A stretch of DNA of 63,552 nucleotides, filler included, from Folioceros fuciformis (GCA_049999805.1; 10 parts of 10 records of this genome joined end to end with filler, not necessarily neighbours in it); one strand, 5' to 3'. Positions 13,088 to 26,818 are shown, counted from the whole stretch's first letter. Notes: a model not told the origin generated them from the letters alone. Made by a program: numbers and translations.

Positions 13088-16000
13088 CTCGTTTCCCGCA
13101 GACATTTGAAATAATGTATCAGGTATAGTTGATGGGCTTTCGTGATGAGCCCAACTTTTCAAATCCTCCTCGGAAGGCGTCCCTATCTGCAGAAAAAAGT
13201 TCAGCAAGTGGGTCAGGGTTGAGAATCCAAGCCGAGGGCAGGCCGGCACAACAGGCATTAAGCATCCGTTTCACTCACCTGCTTTTCCCAGGGCCGCAGC
13301 ATGTCCAAGCAACCTGCAACCTTAGCGAAAGAACCGATGTCTTCAGCTTTCGCTTTTACGGAGCCCCCTGGATCAGAATTGATACTGTCTGACCCTGAAG
13401 AGCCCGAAGATGTTGGATCTACTTCTTTGTTACATCGTTTACAGTTCAGCGTCTCGTGTGTGTCGGATCTGCAACAGACATTTTCATATCCTTTCTGAGG
13501 CTGGGAACGTGCTCTCCACTACTGAGCAGAAACCTGATGAAAGGGAAATTTCATGACATTAGAGATGCGCAAGTCGTACCTGATGTCATCTCGGAGTTTG
13601 AAGAGGTCCCTTAAGTCTTCTGAGGATAGGGCATTCACCTGAAAGTTCAAGAAGGAATGGTCGCATAACTCAGTAATAAGACCGACACTGAAGATGACCA
13701 CATCGGATACAAGGCGGCCCCGTACTTGAGACTTTGCGTCGTTTGACTGTTCCTTGTCGACAACCTTCTGAAGACCTTCTTTGGACATTTGGCGCTCGTA
13801 GACCTATCGCAAGAACATGTATTGGGCGTCATCACAGCTAAGAACTGCTCCAAATAAATCACACGGCTCGAACCCGTTCTTGAAGGGATTACCTTTTCTT
13901 CTATCGTCCCTGTAGCCAAGAACCTGTATATGAANNNNNNNNNNNNNNNNNNNNNNNNNNNNNNNNNNNNNNNNNNNNNNNNNNNNNNNNNNNNNNNNNN
14001 NNNNNNNNNNNNNNNNNNNNNNNNNNNNNNNNNNACAAAAATGCAAATTCGTTCTGCATAATACGTTTGTTTTGAGACAATACGATGACACTTATTTTGA
14101 GATAAAAGATGGCCGTAAATCCAGGAAGGAGACAAGCGTAAACAGAGGGGGGTGGGAATTCAGAGTTGATGCGTACCGCTGTTGGATCATTGAACCTCTT
14201 GACTAACTTCTGTCTCTTGCTGATGGAGGTTGTCCCATCTAGTTGCACATAAGGATAGCCCCGTTCCTGGCATATTTGAGCAAACAAATCCAAGGTCTGG
14301 GTCCCAAGCCGATACGCTATAATCAGGACTTTTTGACCACAGGCGCTGTGCACAAGGTAACGTGCCCCAGAAAAGCTGAGACAGTAATATACACAACGTA
14401 AATCTCACCTGCGTGTAGTTGGAGACGAGCACTATCCGGTCATCGGTGTGCTGCCGGAGATTAGCCAGTAATCGCGCGAGCACAGCCATCTTCCCTGAGA
14501 CTTCAATCCAACTTCCAGATGAAGCAGAAGCACCCCTGGAATTTCCAACACCCCAGGCGTATGTAGACGCTTCCACGTTGAAACAACGAAAGGCTGAACT
14601 GGACGGTGGTCGCCGAATGATCACCTTGAGCTAAAAATTTCCTCCGGGAAGAACTGCATGCAGTCCTCAAATCCTGCTGTTTCTGATCCTCCAGCTCGCA
14701 AGGTGTCATAAATGAGCTGCAAAGCAAGATTTTAGAAACGAGCTCTTCGTGACAACACACTTTTGCCGCAACTACGGACGAGATGCTGGACATTGGGTAC
14801 CATTGGAACAAACAGGCAAGAAGCTGTACTTTGGGATGATTGCACAGTTTCTTCAGGGCTGTGATCGAAGCCAAAACACGTGCTCGTTTTGTCTTGTCCT
14901 CCAACGCTTGCCGAACCTGCCCCACAGGTCGGTTACCGAATCGCTGTAACATCAGATTGAAAAACAGAATCCAGCATCAAACTGGGAATGAGCTAAGAGG
15001 TCATACATTCTTGGAATGAATGAAATGGCGGTACAGTTTTGTCTGAAGATCTGTCAGTTTGCAACAGACAACCTCCACCATCTTCGATAAACACAAACAA
15101 GGTATCAGACTGGGAAATGTACAAGACCAATTGGAAGGCATGACAGACTGTGTCCTGTACCTTCGGAGGCAGATGGTTAGACAGCAGGGCATTTGTTCTT
15201 CGCAAAATGAACTGAACGCACATGTGCCCACACAAATCAAAATCACCACCCCACTGCATGATATGTTTAAGCATGTATTTCGACAGAAGTGTATTCCTGA
15301 AATGGAACCCGCAGCAAGCATACTACCTGATTGACCAGTTCACTAAGCTCAGCGGAACGCTCAGCGCTAATTTCCCTCACCCTCTCCTCGGCATCAGGTT
15401 CACGACCTCGGAGTATGGGAGCCTGGAGGTTAGTGTGAAGATGGGGTCAGAGGAACTACAAAATTCAGGAAATCCCCAGAAGGCTTTCGCATTTCCGGGC
15501 TGACAACTGTAGGAAGGTGATGACTGTTGAGTTGGTACCTCGTAGTAGCGACGAAAGGCAACTGCATCCCCCAAGACTCCAGGATTGGTAAAATTAACCA
15601 TGGCATAGAACTCCTCGAGATCATTCTGTGCATACGTATTGCATGTTAGTGCAGGTTACGACGTGGCCCATATAGGACACCAGCCAGAACAATCTGTACC
15701 TGCATGGGTGTGCCGGATAAGAGCACGCGCCTCCGACAGTGAAGAGCCCCAAGAGCCTGCACCCTCCATTCCGCATGACTTCAAGAAAGGGAGAGGGCCG
15801 TAGCAGAGGTTTATGTTTAGAGGCCGGAATGAGGCCTACCTGGTTTGTGAGCGTGCGATCATTCTTCAGCCTGTGCGCCTCGTCGCAGATGAGGAGGTCA
15901 CAAGCGCCTTCCTTTTGAAACTTTTTGGCATGCATTCTGAAGGTCTCGTACGAGATAATGAGAACCTGGAGGAGCATAACGAGGGTACGGAATGTAAGGA

Positions 16001-17369
16001 AAGGCAAGGCAAGGCAGCCACTAAGCATGTAGCACATGCGGGATTGCTTGGCACGGCCAAAGTACCTGGCAGTGATTCCGCGGGGCAAGAAAGGAAGCAA
16101 TTCCAGACAGAACATCAGCCCTGGTGGACTCGCACATGGCCAGCACATTCACCCGGTTCTCCAACCACTTGGTGATCTCAGACTCCCAATTACTCACTAA
16201 ACTGGTAGGCGTGACGATGATGGCTCTGTTCACCATAGGCGATCCATCGAAGCCCTGGCAGAGCAGCGTCCAGAGCAGCGTGATGGACTGCAGAGTCTTC
16301 CCCAGCCTGCATCATCCATGCAATTGTAGGCCCCTTCCCGTCGAAACTTGTCCTCACATAAACCTCTAACTCACTTCATTCCATCTCACCCCATATCATC
16401 CGCGAGAATGCAGCCACAGCAGCCCTCGGCGCCGAAGTCACGCAGCCCCGCGACGCACTCGAACATGAACTGCACCCCGTCCCTGCCATTCCCCGGCACC
16501 GCGTCACGACAGCGCGAAGCGCGTGTCTCAGCAGGCACATGCAGAGGGGGGAATCAGCTTGGCACTCAGGAAGGCTCAGTGACGAACTAACCTCTGGTGC
16601 GGACGAAGGAAGCGCACCAAATGCGGGTCCACCGAGATGGAATTGGGCGGACCATCCCCCTGCCCATCCTCCGCCTCCCACAGCACCAGGGGCAGCACAT
16701 CCGGAGGCAGCTCCTGCGGCTGCGGCGGCGGGTGCGGCGCAGGCTCGTCCAGCAGCGGGAGGTGCATCAGATCCAGCACCAGGGGCGCGCACGCCTCTCG
16801 CGGCGCGCCCCACGGCACGAAGCGCTTGCGTGCACACAGGCGCCGCGCCAGCTCGAGTGGCGCCCCGGCGGCCTGTCCGCCCGGGCACGGCGACTTGAAG
16901 GCCTTCCTGACGAGGTCGGCACCGACCGAAAGCACCTTGGGCAGAAGAGCCTGTCTGGTGACCACCAAGTCCCCTCGCAGCAGCGCTGCCACATTCTCCG
17001 ACTTGGTCCTGTCCCTCCGACTGGCCCCTGCAGTCTCCGATTCCTCACCATCTCCTTCCTCCTCTCCGTCCTGCTCCTCCGCTTCCTCGTCCTCGCCATC
17101 TCCCTCCTCCTCCTCCTTCTCCTTNNNNNNNNNNNNNNNNNNNNNNNNNNNNNNNNNNNNNNNNNNNNNNNNNNNNNNNNNNNNNNNNNNNNNNNNNNNN
17201 NNNNNNNNNNNNNNNNNNNNNNNNCGGCGGGCGCCACCAGCCTGGCGCACCCCGCCCCCGGATCGTACTCCGGCCAGCGGGGGCACAGAAACGCCCCGCG
17301 GCCGGCGTCCGCCTCCTCGCACCACTCCAGCCGCTCGCACTCGCAGTTGTCGCAGAGCACGGCCACCAT
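13088..17369 (-). CDS. RAD54: DNA repair/recombination SNF2 ATPase RAD54 (last exon lost in the scaffold end)
   Basis: [113 protein letters not shown] match plant RAD54. The start at 17369 is separated from the core by an N gap. Confidence 0.95.
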
Positions 17370-17790
17370 CGCTCCCGGTTCTCATGGGCAGGCAGGCGAG
17401 GGGGCCCCCTCACGGCGTCCCCGCCCAATTCCTCTCTTTCACGCTTCTTCGCTCGGCATGGCCGTTCGAAGCATTCGAAGGCTGCTTCAGCGCGGGAAGC
17501 ACATCCCGGCCGGGTCGGGCCGGGCCGGAGCTACGGCGTGGCCTTCTGGGCCCTGCCCTTCCCTTCCTGCCTTGCCCTGGGCCTGGCCTGGCCTGCCCGT
17601 GTGGCGAGCGAGCCCTAGACGCCTCCCAGACCCGACCTGAGTGACCGGCAGCTGGCGGTCGAGTCCCCCATTGGGCCGCCGGCCTCGCCAAGATAGCCTC
17701 TTGCCGGGATCCACCTTGTCCTCATCCACAACCCGCATATTGATGAGACGCCGAATCGCGAATCGCGATGCCCCAAACCAAACCCTCTGC

Positions 17791-17875
17791 CGGTCAGGTC
17801 AGGTCAGGTCAGGTCAGGTCCGGTCCGGTCGGGTCAGGGTCAGGGTCAGGGTCAGGTTAAGAGTCAGGGTCAGCG
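17791..17875. repeat. (GGTCA)n/(GGGTCA)n microsatellite upstream of RAD54
   Basis: Repeats directly visible. Confidence 0.85.
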
Positions 17876-18323
17876 GGCCAGTGCGAAGCCTCCTACTCCT
17901 TTTGTCCGAACTGCCGCCCGGCTCCCCCGTGTGCGCCGGTTTCGCTAACCCGTCGCCTATTTCGCAATCATATATATTAAATTAATATATATCACCTCAT
18001 TCAAGCCGTCCTTACTTGACTTGAAGAGCTTTCTTCTTCTCTCTCTACCGCAGTCAAACAACAACGACACTATACCCTAACGCTTTAGCTACTTAGTAGA
18101 GCTAATAAAATAGTATTAAAGCTACTCTGAAAAAGACGGGACTAGTAATCCTTCCTTCCCGTAGGGAGGTGATTGAAGGAGTGTGTGGAATAATATTTTA
18201 TATCATATTTATTATATTATATANNNNNNNNNNNNNNNNNNNNNNNNNNNNNNNNNNNNNNNNNNNNTTAATTAATTAANNNNNNNNNNNNNNNNNNNNN
18301 NNNNNNNNNNNNNNNNNNNNNNN

Positions 18324-19243
18324 GGGATGGGGGCAGAGCTTCCACTTCTCGCCTGCCGTGCCGGGGAAGAGCTACAAGGAGGAGACGCGGCTGCACGAGG
18401 AGCGAGTGGCAGATCTGCTGGGCCTCAAGCCTGGCCAGCGCGTGCTGGACGCTGGTTGTGGCGTGGGCGGGCCCATGCGCGCCATCGCTGCGCACTCGGG
18501 GGCCAACGTCGTCGGCATCACCATTAACGACTACCAGGTGTCTCGCGCCAGGGCGCACAACAAGAAGGCGGGCCTGGACTCGCTCTGCGAGGTGGTGTGC
18601 GGCAACTTCCTGGCCCTGCCCTTCGCGGACGACTCCTTCGACGCCGCCTACTCCATCGAGGCCACCTGCCACGCTCCCGAGCTCAAGGCAGTGTNNNNNN
18701 NNNNNNNNNNNNNNNNNNNNNNNNNNNNNNNNNNNNNNNNNNNNNNNNNNNNNNNNNNNNNNNNNNNNNNNNNNNNNNNNNNNNNNNNNNNNNNTGTATT
18801 CAGAGATCTTCCGCGTGCTCAAGCCGGGCCAGCTCTACGTCACGTACGAGTGGGTCACCACCCCGCTCTTCGACGCCGGCAACACCGAGCACTGCCAGAT
18901 CATCCACGGCATCGAGCACGGGGACGCGCTCCCCGGCCTCCGCACATACCAGCAGGTGGGAGAGTTGGCGCGCGAGGTGGGATTCCAGGTGCTGGAGGAT
19001 AGGGATCTGGCGTTGCCCCCCGCGCTGCCCTGGTGGACAAGGCTCAAGATGGGCCGCTTCGCCTACTACCGCAACCACCTCCTCGTCTCCTTCCTCACCC
19101 TCATCGGCGTCTCCCCGCAGGGCGTGGTCAAGGTGCACGAAATGCTCTGCAGGACTGCCGAGTTTTTGTCGCGCGGCGGGGACACGGGCATTTTCACGCC
19201 CATGCATCTCCTCCTCCTTCGCAAGCCGCTGCCTTCCGAGTGA
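18324..19243 (+). CDS. SMT2: Sterol C24-methyltransferase 2 (5' truncated, intronless in the visible part)
   Basis: GWGQSFHFSP, VLDAGCGVGGPMRAIA, YSIEATCHAP, YSEIFRVLKPG..YEWV, GIEHGDALPGLR, WWTRLKMGRFAYYRNH, GIFTPMH. The frame continues across the N gap if the duplicated TGT is merged. Confidence 0.95.
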
Positions 19244-20193
19244 GTCGCTCCTTCCAATTCGCTTCGTCAATCTTCTATCGTCAATTTTTTTTTGTTGTCT
19301 GCCTCGGCTTGGCTTGGCTGGACGACAAGGCGTCAGCTTACATGGTGAGGAAGCCTCCTGTTACGCTGACGTTCCATCAGGTCTTCTTGACACCCCCACA
19401 TCCAACTTGGCCGCAGCACCATAGAGCTCCCCTTCATAGTCTCTAGTGAGCGAGCTAAGCTAGCTAGCTAGGTTTTTTTTTTTTTTTTTTCTGCTTGAAT
19501 TCTGCTCAACGGGCCAAAGCCCCTGGCATGGGCAGTTACAGTGTGTTGCGTTTGGCTTTTTTCCCGGCCAAGCCAATGTGTAACACCTTGCTTTTGTCGA
19601 GTTTATTACTCCTTAGCACAAAAATGTGGTTCCAGCTTCCTCGACCGTGTTTCTCTCCTCTCGTGTCCGTGCCCGTCCGTGTAATGCCAACTGGCCCTCT
19701 TCCACCTCATGTGATTTCTCTGGCGCGGCGTATCGCGGGGGAACCAGGGTGTGTCTCAGGGACCCACCTCAGCCACAATGCGGCACGATACATGTGTACA
19801 TATATCCCATGGTACATACATAGTATGTACATGTGCGGCAAAATAGCACTTGCTTGAAGGACACATGTTCACACAATGGTTGGTGGTCCGTGTCGAACAA
19901 CTAACTGGGCACGACGAAAGAGACGCCGTCCTGCCGCACACTGCACTGTGACGACAACTGAACAAGGAAAAGGNNNNNNNNNNNNNNNNNNNNNNNNNNN
20001 NNNNNNNNNNNNNNNNNNNNNNNNNNNNNNNNNNNNNNNNNNNNNNNNNNNNNNNNNNNNNNNNNNNNNNNNNATTTACCACATCTCAGGGCAGTAAGCT
20101 TGACAAAAGATTCCCTCGCACAGTGGCAACTATTCCAATGCTGCGGCAACAACTGGCAAGACAGCTCAGAGATGTGTCGGTTCTCCAGCCTTG

Positions 20194-22861
20194 TTAGTCC
20201 TCCTCCGACTCCTTGTAGGGTGCGAACAAAATTGATGAATTGTGGCCTCCGAATCCAAAAGAATTAGATAACGCGACCTTGACATCCAGTCTCTGCTTCG
20301 CGTTTCCCACCACAATATTCATGTCCTGCATCTCACACACAAGTCCGTGTTAACAATGAGGTAAGGCACCACTAGCTTAAGTGACATGTTAAACGTCGCG
20401 TTCAAACAGCGTTACTTACCACGCCATCCGGACTGTCGATGTTTAAGGTTGGGTGTATTTCCCCCGTCCTGATAGCCTGCGAGAAAAATTACGCCTGATG
20501 TCAGTTCAGAAGAACCTAAGCTACACTTAGCAAAACAGGGTGTAACTGCAATGGAGTGGCGCTGATCAATGACGTCACCTGAACAGTCGCAATCGCTTCA
20601 ACTGCTCCCGATGCTCCTAACAAATGTCCAATCATTGACTTCGTGGAGTTTATTCTCAGCTGAAGCACAAAGACGACACGGCTTCAGTAGTGAAGAGAGC
20701 GTGCGCAAACATGTCAACATCAACTTTCCAGTCTGCCAATGCACAATGAAGGGTGCAACAAAAACCTCAGGATTGTGCCCAAAAGCTCGCATTATGGCCT
20801 TGTACTCTTGAAGGTCGCCAGCACGAGTGGAAGTGGCATGAGCGTTCACATAGTTCACTTCCTCAGCTTGCACCCCAGCCATTGCTAGTGCTCTCTCTAT
20901 ACATAGTTGAACGCCAGCACCTGCATCAAATAGAAAGGCCCTCCTCACCTTGGTTATCTGTGCAGATGCAACGAAGCGTCCCAAAGTTACAACCTTCTAG
21001 ACATTCAAAGCCTCCCAAAGCCTGTAGCAAGGAGGGATCCTAACCTTCAGGATGCGGATGGGTCATGTGATAAGCATCACACGTGAAGCTTCCCCCCAAA
21101 AATTCGGCATAAATTTCGGCTCCCCTTTTCTAGAAGTCAAAAAATACCATGCTTTTTAGTTCCTATAACAAAGGAGCACGTGTGTGGGCTGCAAAAAATT
21201 GCAGAACCTCTCTTCTGCAAGCGGGTTACCTTCGCATGCTCGAGTTCTTCGAGCAACAGTACTCCAGCACCCTCTCCCAAGACAAACCCATCACGCTCCT
21301 GCATCCTCCAGGCAGAACAAGGTCAGGCCAAAATATAGCAAGCCACATATCTGTGTGGGAATCATATGCACTAGGAGTCGAACATACCACATCCCAGGGC
21401 CGTGATGCTTTGGAAGGATCATTATTCCGTTGTGATAAAGCCTTGCATGCAATAAATCCCCCCAAACCTGCATCACTCAAATAAAAAACAGATGTGTGAC
21501 CACTGGTGCTCTGCAAAACCCCAACACAGAGTGACAACAGCTCATATTCGGCACCATGCTGCCAATGACATGAAGCAACAGAAGCACTATCAGCAGACTG
21601 CGCTTTCAGGTTCCCTTAGCCATACCTATAGGGATTATAGCCGCATCAGATCCACCCGATAACATGACATCCTGTAACAGTCACGGACTCGCACCTGAGA
21701 ACTTACGGTACTGAACTGATCATGCACTGGTAAACTAGTGTGCACACAAGTGACAAGCGGGCACTACTCATACCGCTTCGCCCCTAAGAATGTGATTGGC
21801 AGCACTGAGAATGCAAAAGTTGCTCGTAGCACAAGCTGTGGAAATGGAGTAGTTTGGTCCCATCCAACCCTGCAGAAAGTTCCAAACATTGTCTCAAACC
21901 AAATGCGTGCATTCTACAGCGGCAGTTGGTGTGGTATCTCATCCATCTTTGCTTCGAAGCTACTTAGATTCCACTGCCACACCGAAGAAAGAAACATTTC
22001 CCTAAGCATAGCCTCCAGACGTCAACAAGTGTTTTAAAACATACCAGGTCCATCGCAAGCATGGCAGATCCCATGTTGGTTGTGGCGAACGGTACACAGA
22101 AGGGATTCATCCTCCGGTAAGATATCCGCAAAGCCTCTACAGCATCATTGAAAACCTAGATCCCAAAGCTTCCAAAGTAAGTGAAGATGCCGTGGTGGAC
22201 AAAGCATGCACGATTGTTAATTAGGCACGAAGTTACCTGCATTCCCCCCATGGCAGATCCTATAAGAATGCCACATTTGCCTTTATCAAGCTCCTGTAGA
22301 ACCTCCTCTGTCATTCCTCCATCTACTAGAGCCTTCTTGCCAGCAGTCAGGAGATAGAGCATAAACTTGTCCATGCGCTTAGCAAGCTTTTTGGCCACCC
22401 ACCCATCAGTCGAAAAGGACTTTATCTCCCCAGCAATTCTCTGAAGGAAGAAGAGAGAATCATGAGCTGGAGATGATCGGAGCAAATACAGTGAGGCCCC
22501 CGGATGCTCAGCAGGACGACTGGGAGCGCTACATGTGGTAGAAGCGGAGGGTGCGAGACATATACGGGAAGCAGCTTGCAGGTAGAGGGAGAGCGAGCAC
22601 AGGCAGCCGGGCAACACACTGCATGAAGCAGGTGACAAGGATATTGTTATCTTACCGTAGGGAACTCTCTACAGTCAAAATTCTCGATCTCCGTGATGCC
22701 GCTCTTGCCTTGCAAAAGGCTGTCGTAGAAGGTGTTGGGATCGTGACCGAGGCAGGAGACGACGCCCATCCCGGTGATAACCACTCTTCTCGGCCTCGAC
22801 TTCACCTTGGTGCGCTCGGTGAAATCTCTGACAGGACTCACTGCAACGGCCATTGCTCTTC
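20194..22861 (-). CDS. KASII: Plastid 3-oxoacyl-ACP synthase II (first exon/transit peptide not resolved)
   Basis: [122 protein letters not shown]. Stop at 20196-20194. Confidence 0.93.
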
Positions 22862-23592
22862 CTACAGAGGAACGCAGGTGTGGTCTGAGTTGGCAGCGAG
22901 AGCGTGGAGCAAACAACACATCTGCGTCCGGTAGGAAGCACACACATGCAGCAACAAATCCCAATCCCAAGCGGCCACTGCGTCCTAAGCAGGGCCAATT
23001 CAGGCAAAAAGGCCAAGGCCAGCAGGAATCCAGAGGACATTCACGGCAGCTCCAGCTGAGCAAGCCGCTCCCAAGAAGCAGGCAGCAAGCAAACAGAGGC
23101 AGGGCGGGCGGGGGGAAGCCGAATGCCATGCATTGCTATTCCTGGGAGACAATGCATGGCAGACTTGAGAGAAAGCGCGCTCCGGTGCATGAAACACGTG
23201 CGCCCGGCCCGAGCAACAAGCCCAAACACAAAAGCACTGAAACCAAATCCCGACAGCAAGGCGCTCAGAAATTAGGCCCGGTTCCGTGCCAATTCAGCCT
23301 AACAGGCGTGCGAGCCCGAAATCCTGACACAGCTCGGGCAGCTGGAGCTGGGTGCACCAAAAGTCCCAAGAAGCAGGTGGCAACGACATGCAGCGCGGCC
23401 GGGGGTGGCAAAATGCCTAGCACAAGACATGCACGGCCGTGGGGCGGGCTAAGTGGTAGCAGCACCTGCTCTGGTGCGCCTTCGAGCTGCTCNNNNNNNN
23501 NNNNNNNNNNNNNNNNNNNNNNNNNNNNNNNNNNNNTTAATTAATTAANNNNNNNNNNNNNNNNNNNNNNNNNNNNNNNNNNNNNNNNNNNN

Positions 23593-23790
23593 GTGGCAAG
23601 TCCAGCATTGTATCGTGGCAAGTCCAGTGGCAAGTCCAGCATTGTATCGTGGCAAGTCCAGTGGCAAGTCCAGCATTGTATCGTGGCAAGTCCAGTGGCA
23701 AGTCCAGCATTGTATCGTGGCAAGTCCAGCATTGTATCGTGGCAAGTCCAGCATTGTATCGTGGCAAGTCCAGCATTGTATCGTGGCAAG
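23593..23790. repeat. Minisatellite of 22-bp GTGGCAAGTCCAGCATTGTATC and 12-bp GTGGCAAGTCCA units
   Basis: Tandem units visible at the scaffold start. Confidence 0.92.
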
Positions 23791-24120
23791 TTCAGCATTG
23801 TTGTGTCTAAGCTTGTTTCTTACATGTGCTTGGTGTTGAGATGTCATCCCCACCATGCTCAAAAGAGGTTAAAACAAGTTAGTTGAAGCAAGATGCAGAA
23901 TCCCAAAAATAAGAGCACTATAACAAGGCTCTTAAACTNNNNNNNNNNNNNNNNNNNNNNNNNNNNNNNNNNNNNNNNNNNNNNNNNNNNNNNNNNNNNN
24001 NNNNNNNNNNNNNNNNNNNNNNNNNNNNNNNNNNNNNNTAATCACTCTTACCACTAATTAGTATAAACTCAATAAGCTGGATTAGCACTAATTAATCTCA
24101 ACATTAATCATGCTTAACAC

Positions 24121-24260
24121 TTGGCGCATCGTGGCAAGTCCAGCATTGTTGTGTCTGAGCTTGTTTCTTATATGTGCTTGGCGCATCGTGGCAAGTCCAG
24201 TATTGTTGTGTCTGAGCTTGTTTCTTACATGTGCTTGGCGCATTGTCGCAAGTCCAGCAT
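24121..24260. repeat. 57-bp tandem repeat containing the same GTGGCAAGTCCAG core
   Basis: ttggcgcat recurs at 24121, 24178 and 24235. Confidence 0.9.
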
Positions 24261-26399
24261 ACTTATGTGGGAGCCAGGGAACCGAGCAGTAGTGTCTCAT
24301 TCACTTGTCTATGTTTGTGTTTGTGGCAAGAGTTTGCATGGATCCGTGCAGTTTGTTCTGATGCTGCCATTGTAGAAATCAAGACTCTTGGCAACCCTAC
24401 CGGGTGGGGATTAATACAAGCCTTATGAAGGAGTACACTTACGTGTTGACGTCTCTCCTACAAGTTGGTAAGCCAGTTTAACCCCACCCCGCTGTGCACT
24501 TCGGCACACACACATATTTGCAGGTTGCAAAATGTATAAGCAGCTGGCCTTCTGTCCAAGCTCTACCACCTTCGGAGAGTGTGTGCAGTGTGCAGCCCCC
24601 AGCTCCAATGTGAGAACCACTTTGATTCGCCAGCACCGGATCACATCACATTTCAAAACCCGGGCCCAGATTCCGGTGATCGTGACGCTGCGTTGCTGCA
24701 TCACGCTCATGGTTCAAGAACTTGAACTTGGAGTCTAGTACCATGACTCAAAAGCTCATCTCTTCGTTATCTCAATGTTCTCTAGTTTTTTTTTTTCTAT
24801 CTATACTACAACACATTTTACTTATTCAAAGAGTTGGTCAAGTATTTTAAAATATTGTATTTTATATTATCGAAAAAGAGATGGAAAGTCCAACCTACTC
24901 CAAAGATTGGAGAAACAACCCGACCTTAAGGGTTATCCTCCCTTAATCTTTGGAGTAAATGGAATTTTTTCAATAATAAATTTTCTCTATTTTCACAAAA
25001 GGATGATAAGATGTTTAGATCATGAGTTCATTAAGTTGAGTCTTTTTTATTAAGACATTTTATTATTATTGCATGATTTTATAAAATTGGTAGACTATTT
25101 ACTAGTTTACCTTAAGCTATCTTAGACTATTCAAGTTAAGCAATAATGGCTGGAGATGTGGAGAGGCCTTCACATCACTACGAACATAAATATGTTCAAC
25201 CAAGATGCACTTGAATATTATGTCAATCACAAAAGTTGAATCACAATCAAATTAGTTATGTTGATACTCAATAAAATTAACATTAAATTATAATCATATT
25301 ATTATCAATTCCTATCCCTCTATACTAAAAGAAGAATACTATTGTGGGGTTCTTTCGACAAGCCTATCTATGGAATACCGATATGGTTATATGCTCTGTT
25401 CCACAAAGTTTTGCCGCTCTGCATACAGTGCGAAGTTTTCGACATAGCAATCCTGGCTGCATCGTGCCGATGCGGCCATAAAAGCGACCTGATGGGGACA
25501 ACAACTAATAGACACAAAAGTTTTTTGCCACACACATATCATATTCAATTTGCCCGCTAGGGCAGGGTGGTGTGCAATGTGGCGAGGTGTGAGTGCTTGG
25601 GAGGGTGCAGGATAGGGAGCCGGCGAGCAGGCGACTTTGCTGCAGGCCAAGGGAGCAGACGCGCGGGCCTGATTGGTGCAGGCCAAGTGAGCAAGGGAGC
25701 GGGCCTGTTTGGTGCAGGCCAAGTGAGCAGGGGAGTGGGCACCCAAGGTCCAGAAAAAGGGAGAAGGCGGCGGTGGTGGTGTGAAAGGGACTGTGAAACC
25801 CTGAAACAAAGGATGGTAGAGAGTACAGCNNNNNNNNNNNNNNNNNNNNNNNNNNNNNNNNNNNNNNNNNNNNNNNNNNNNNNNNNNNNNNNNNNNNNNN
25901 NNNNNNNNNNNNNNNNNNNNNNNNNNNNNGGGCGGGGGGCAACGTGAAGCCCGTCAGCGCTACTCCACATGTTAAACCCGAGGCTGTGGGCGATGCTGAC
26001 CACGCCGACAGCTTCGCTATTGTGCTGTATGAGGGGAGTGGCGGCGCACCTACACAGCTATATGTAGACTTGACCGCAGGAGAGGCAGTGGGGGAAGGAA
26101 CCTTTCCCCCCTCCAAGAGGAGACAGGTGCTAGGCTCGATTGCCACTAACGTATTAATCGTAAAAGAATCTTAACACACTTTGTCCGATGGGGATGAATC
26201 TTAAAAGACACTTTGTATGAACCGAAATGAAAAAAAAACGTTGTATCCTTTTCGGTCCACAAAGAGGTTAGAGGTAGAGAAATTTTTTTCTATACAGTGT
26301 GTAGGTAGGGTTGACGTGGTGAGGTAGAGTATAGGAATATTCCCTAGAGGCCATGGAATATTCGCATAGTAAATACATATTAATAAAAAAACATGAGTA

Positions 26400-26670
26400 C
26401 GTGTCCGCATCGGTATTCCATACCTATCCATTATTTTGCAAAGAGCATCTTGCCAATGTATTCTTTAGAATAACAATAAGTACAGGTCAAGCAGTTTCTT
26501 TAGCACCACCAAAGTTATTCTTGCATCTGGACATTTATTGAAAAGTAGGTAGCTTTGAGAATGATATTTAAAGGGGCTAGTACTTTTTTAGCTTTGTCCT
26601 TGCTTGGGTTTTTGTTCTTATCTTTAGAGTGGATGAGACAATCTATGTGTTTTTTAATTATAAATAATAA
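26400..26670 (+). mobile_element. 3' fragment of CRE-like non-LTR retrotransposon
   Basis: Resembles 29790-30090 (gccaatgtattctttagaataacaataagtacaggtcaagc; 3' UTR ggggctagtac..). Confidence 0.6.
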
Positions 26671-26818
26671 CCCCTAGGGGTTAACAACTCGAATTCTAAA
26701 CGGGTTGAGCGGTTTAGAGTGGAGCGTATGGAGGGCATTATAGGGTTATGGGTTACAATGAGGAGTACAATTGTTTGGTTTTGATCATTTTACAAGACTT
26801 TCTACATGCCTCTATCAC

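Noticed and set aside
16376-17985. Long overlapping ORFs (e.g. 16597..17640, 16637..17644)
   Set aside because: Antisense or alternative-frame shadows of the GC-rich first exon of RAD54, inflated by Ns.
18324-23492. SMT2 + KASII as a lipid biosynthetic cluster
   Set aside because: Two convergent housekeeping genes of different pathways and compartments, with no other supporting evidence.
23593-24260. CRISPR-like or coding interpretation of the GTGGCAAGTCCAG repeats
   Set aside because: No unique spacers, no cas genes, and a eukaryotic context. The ORFs are translations of the repeat.
24376-24738. Possible two-exon Cys-containing ORF
   Set aside because: Splice sites are plausible, but there is no recognisable family and no start exon, so it cannot be supported.
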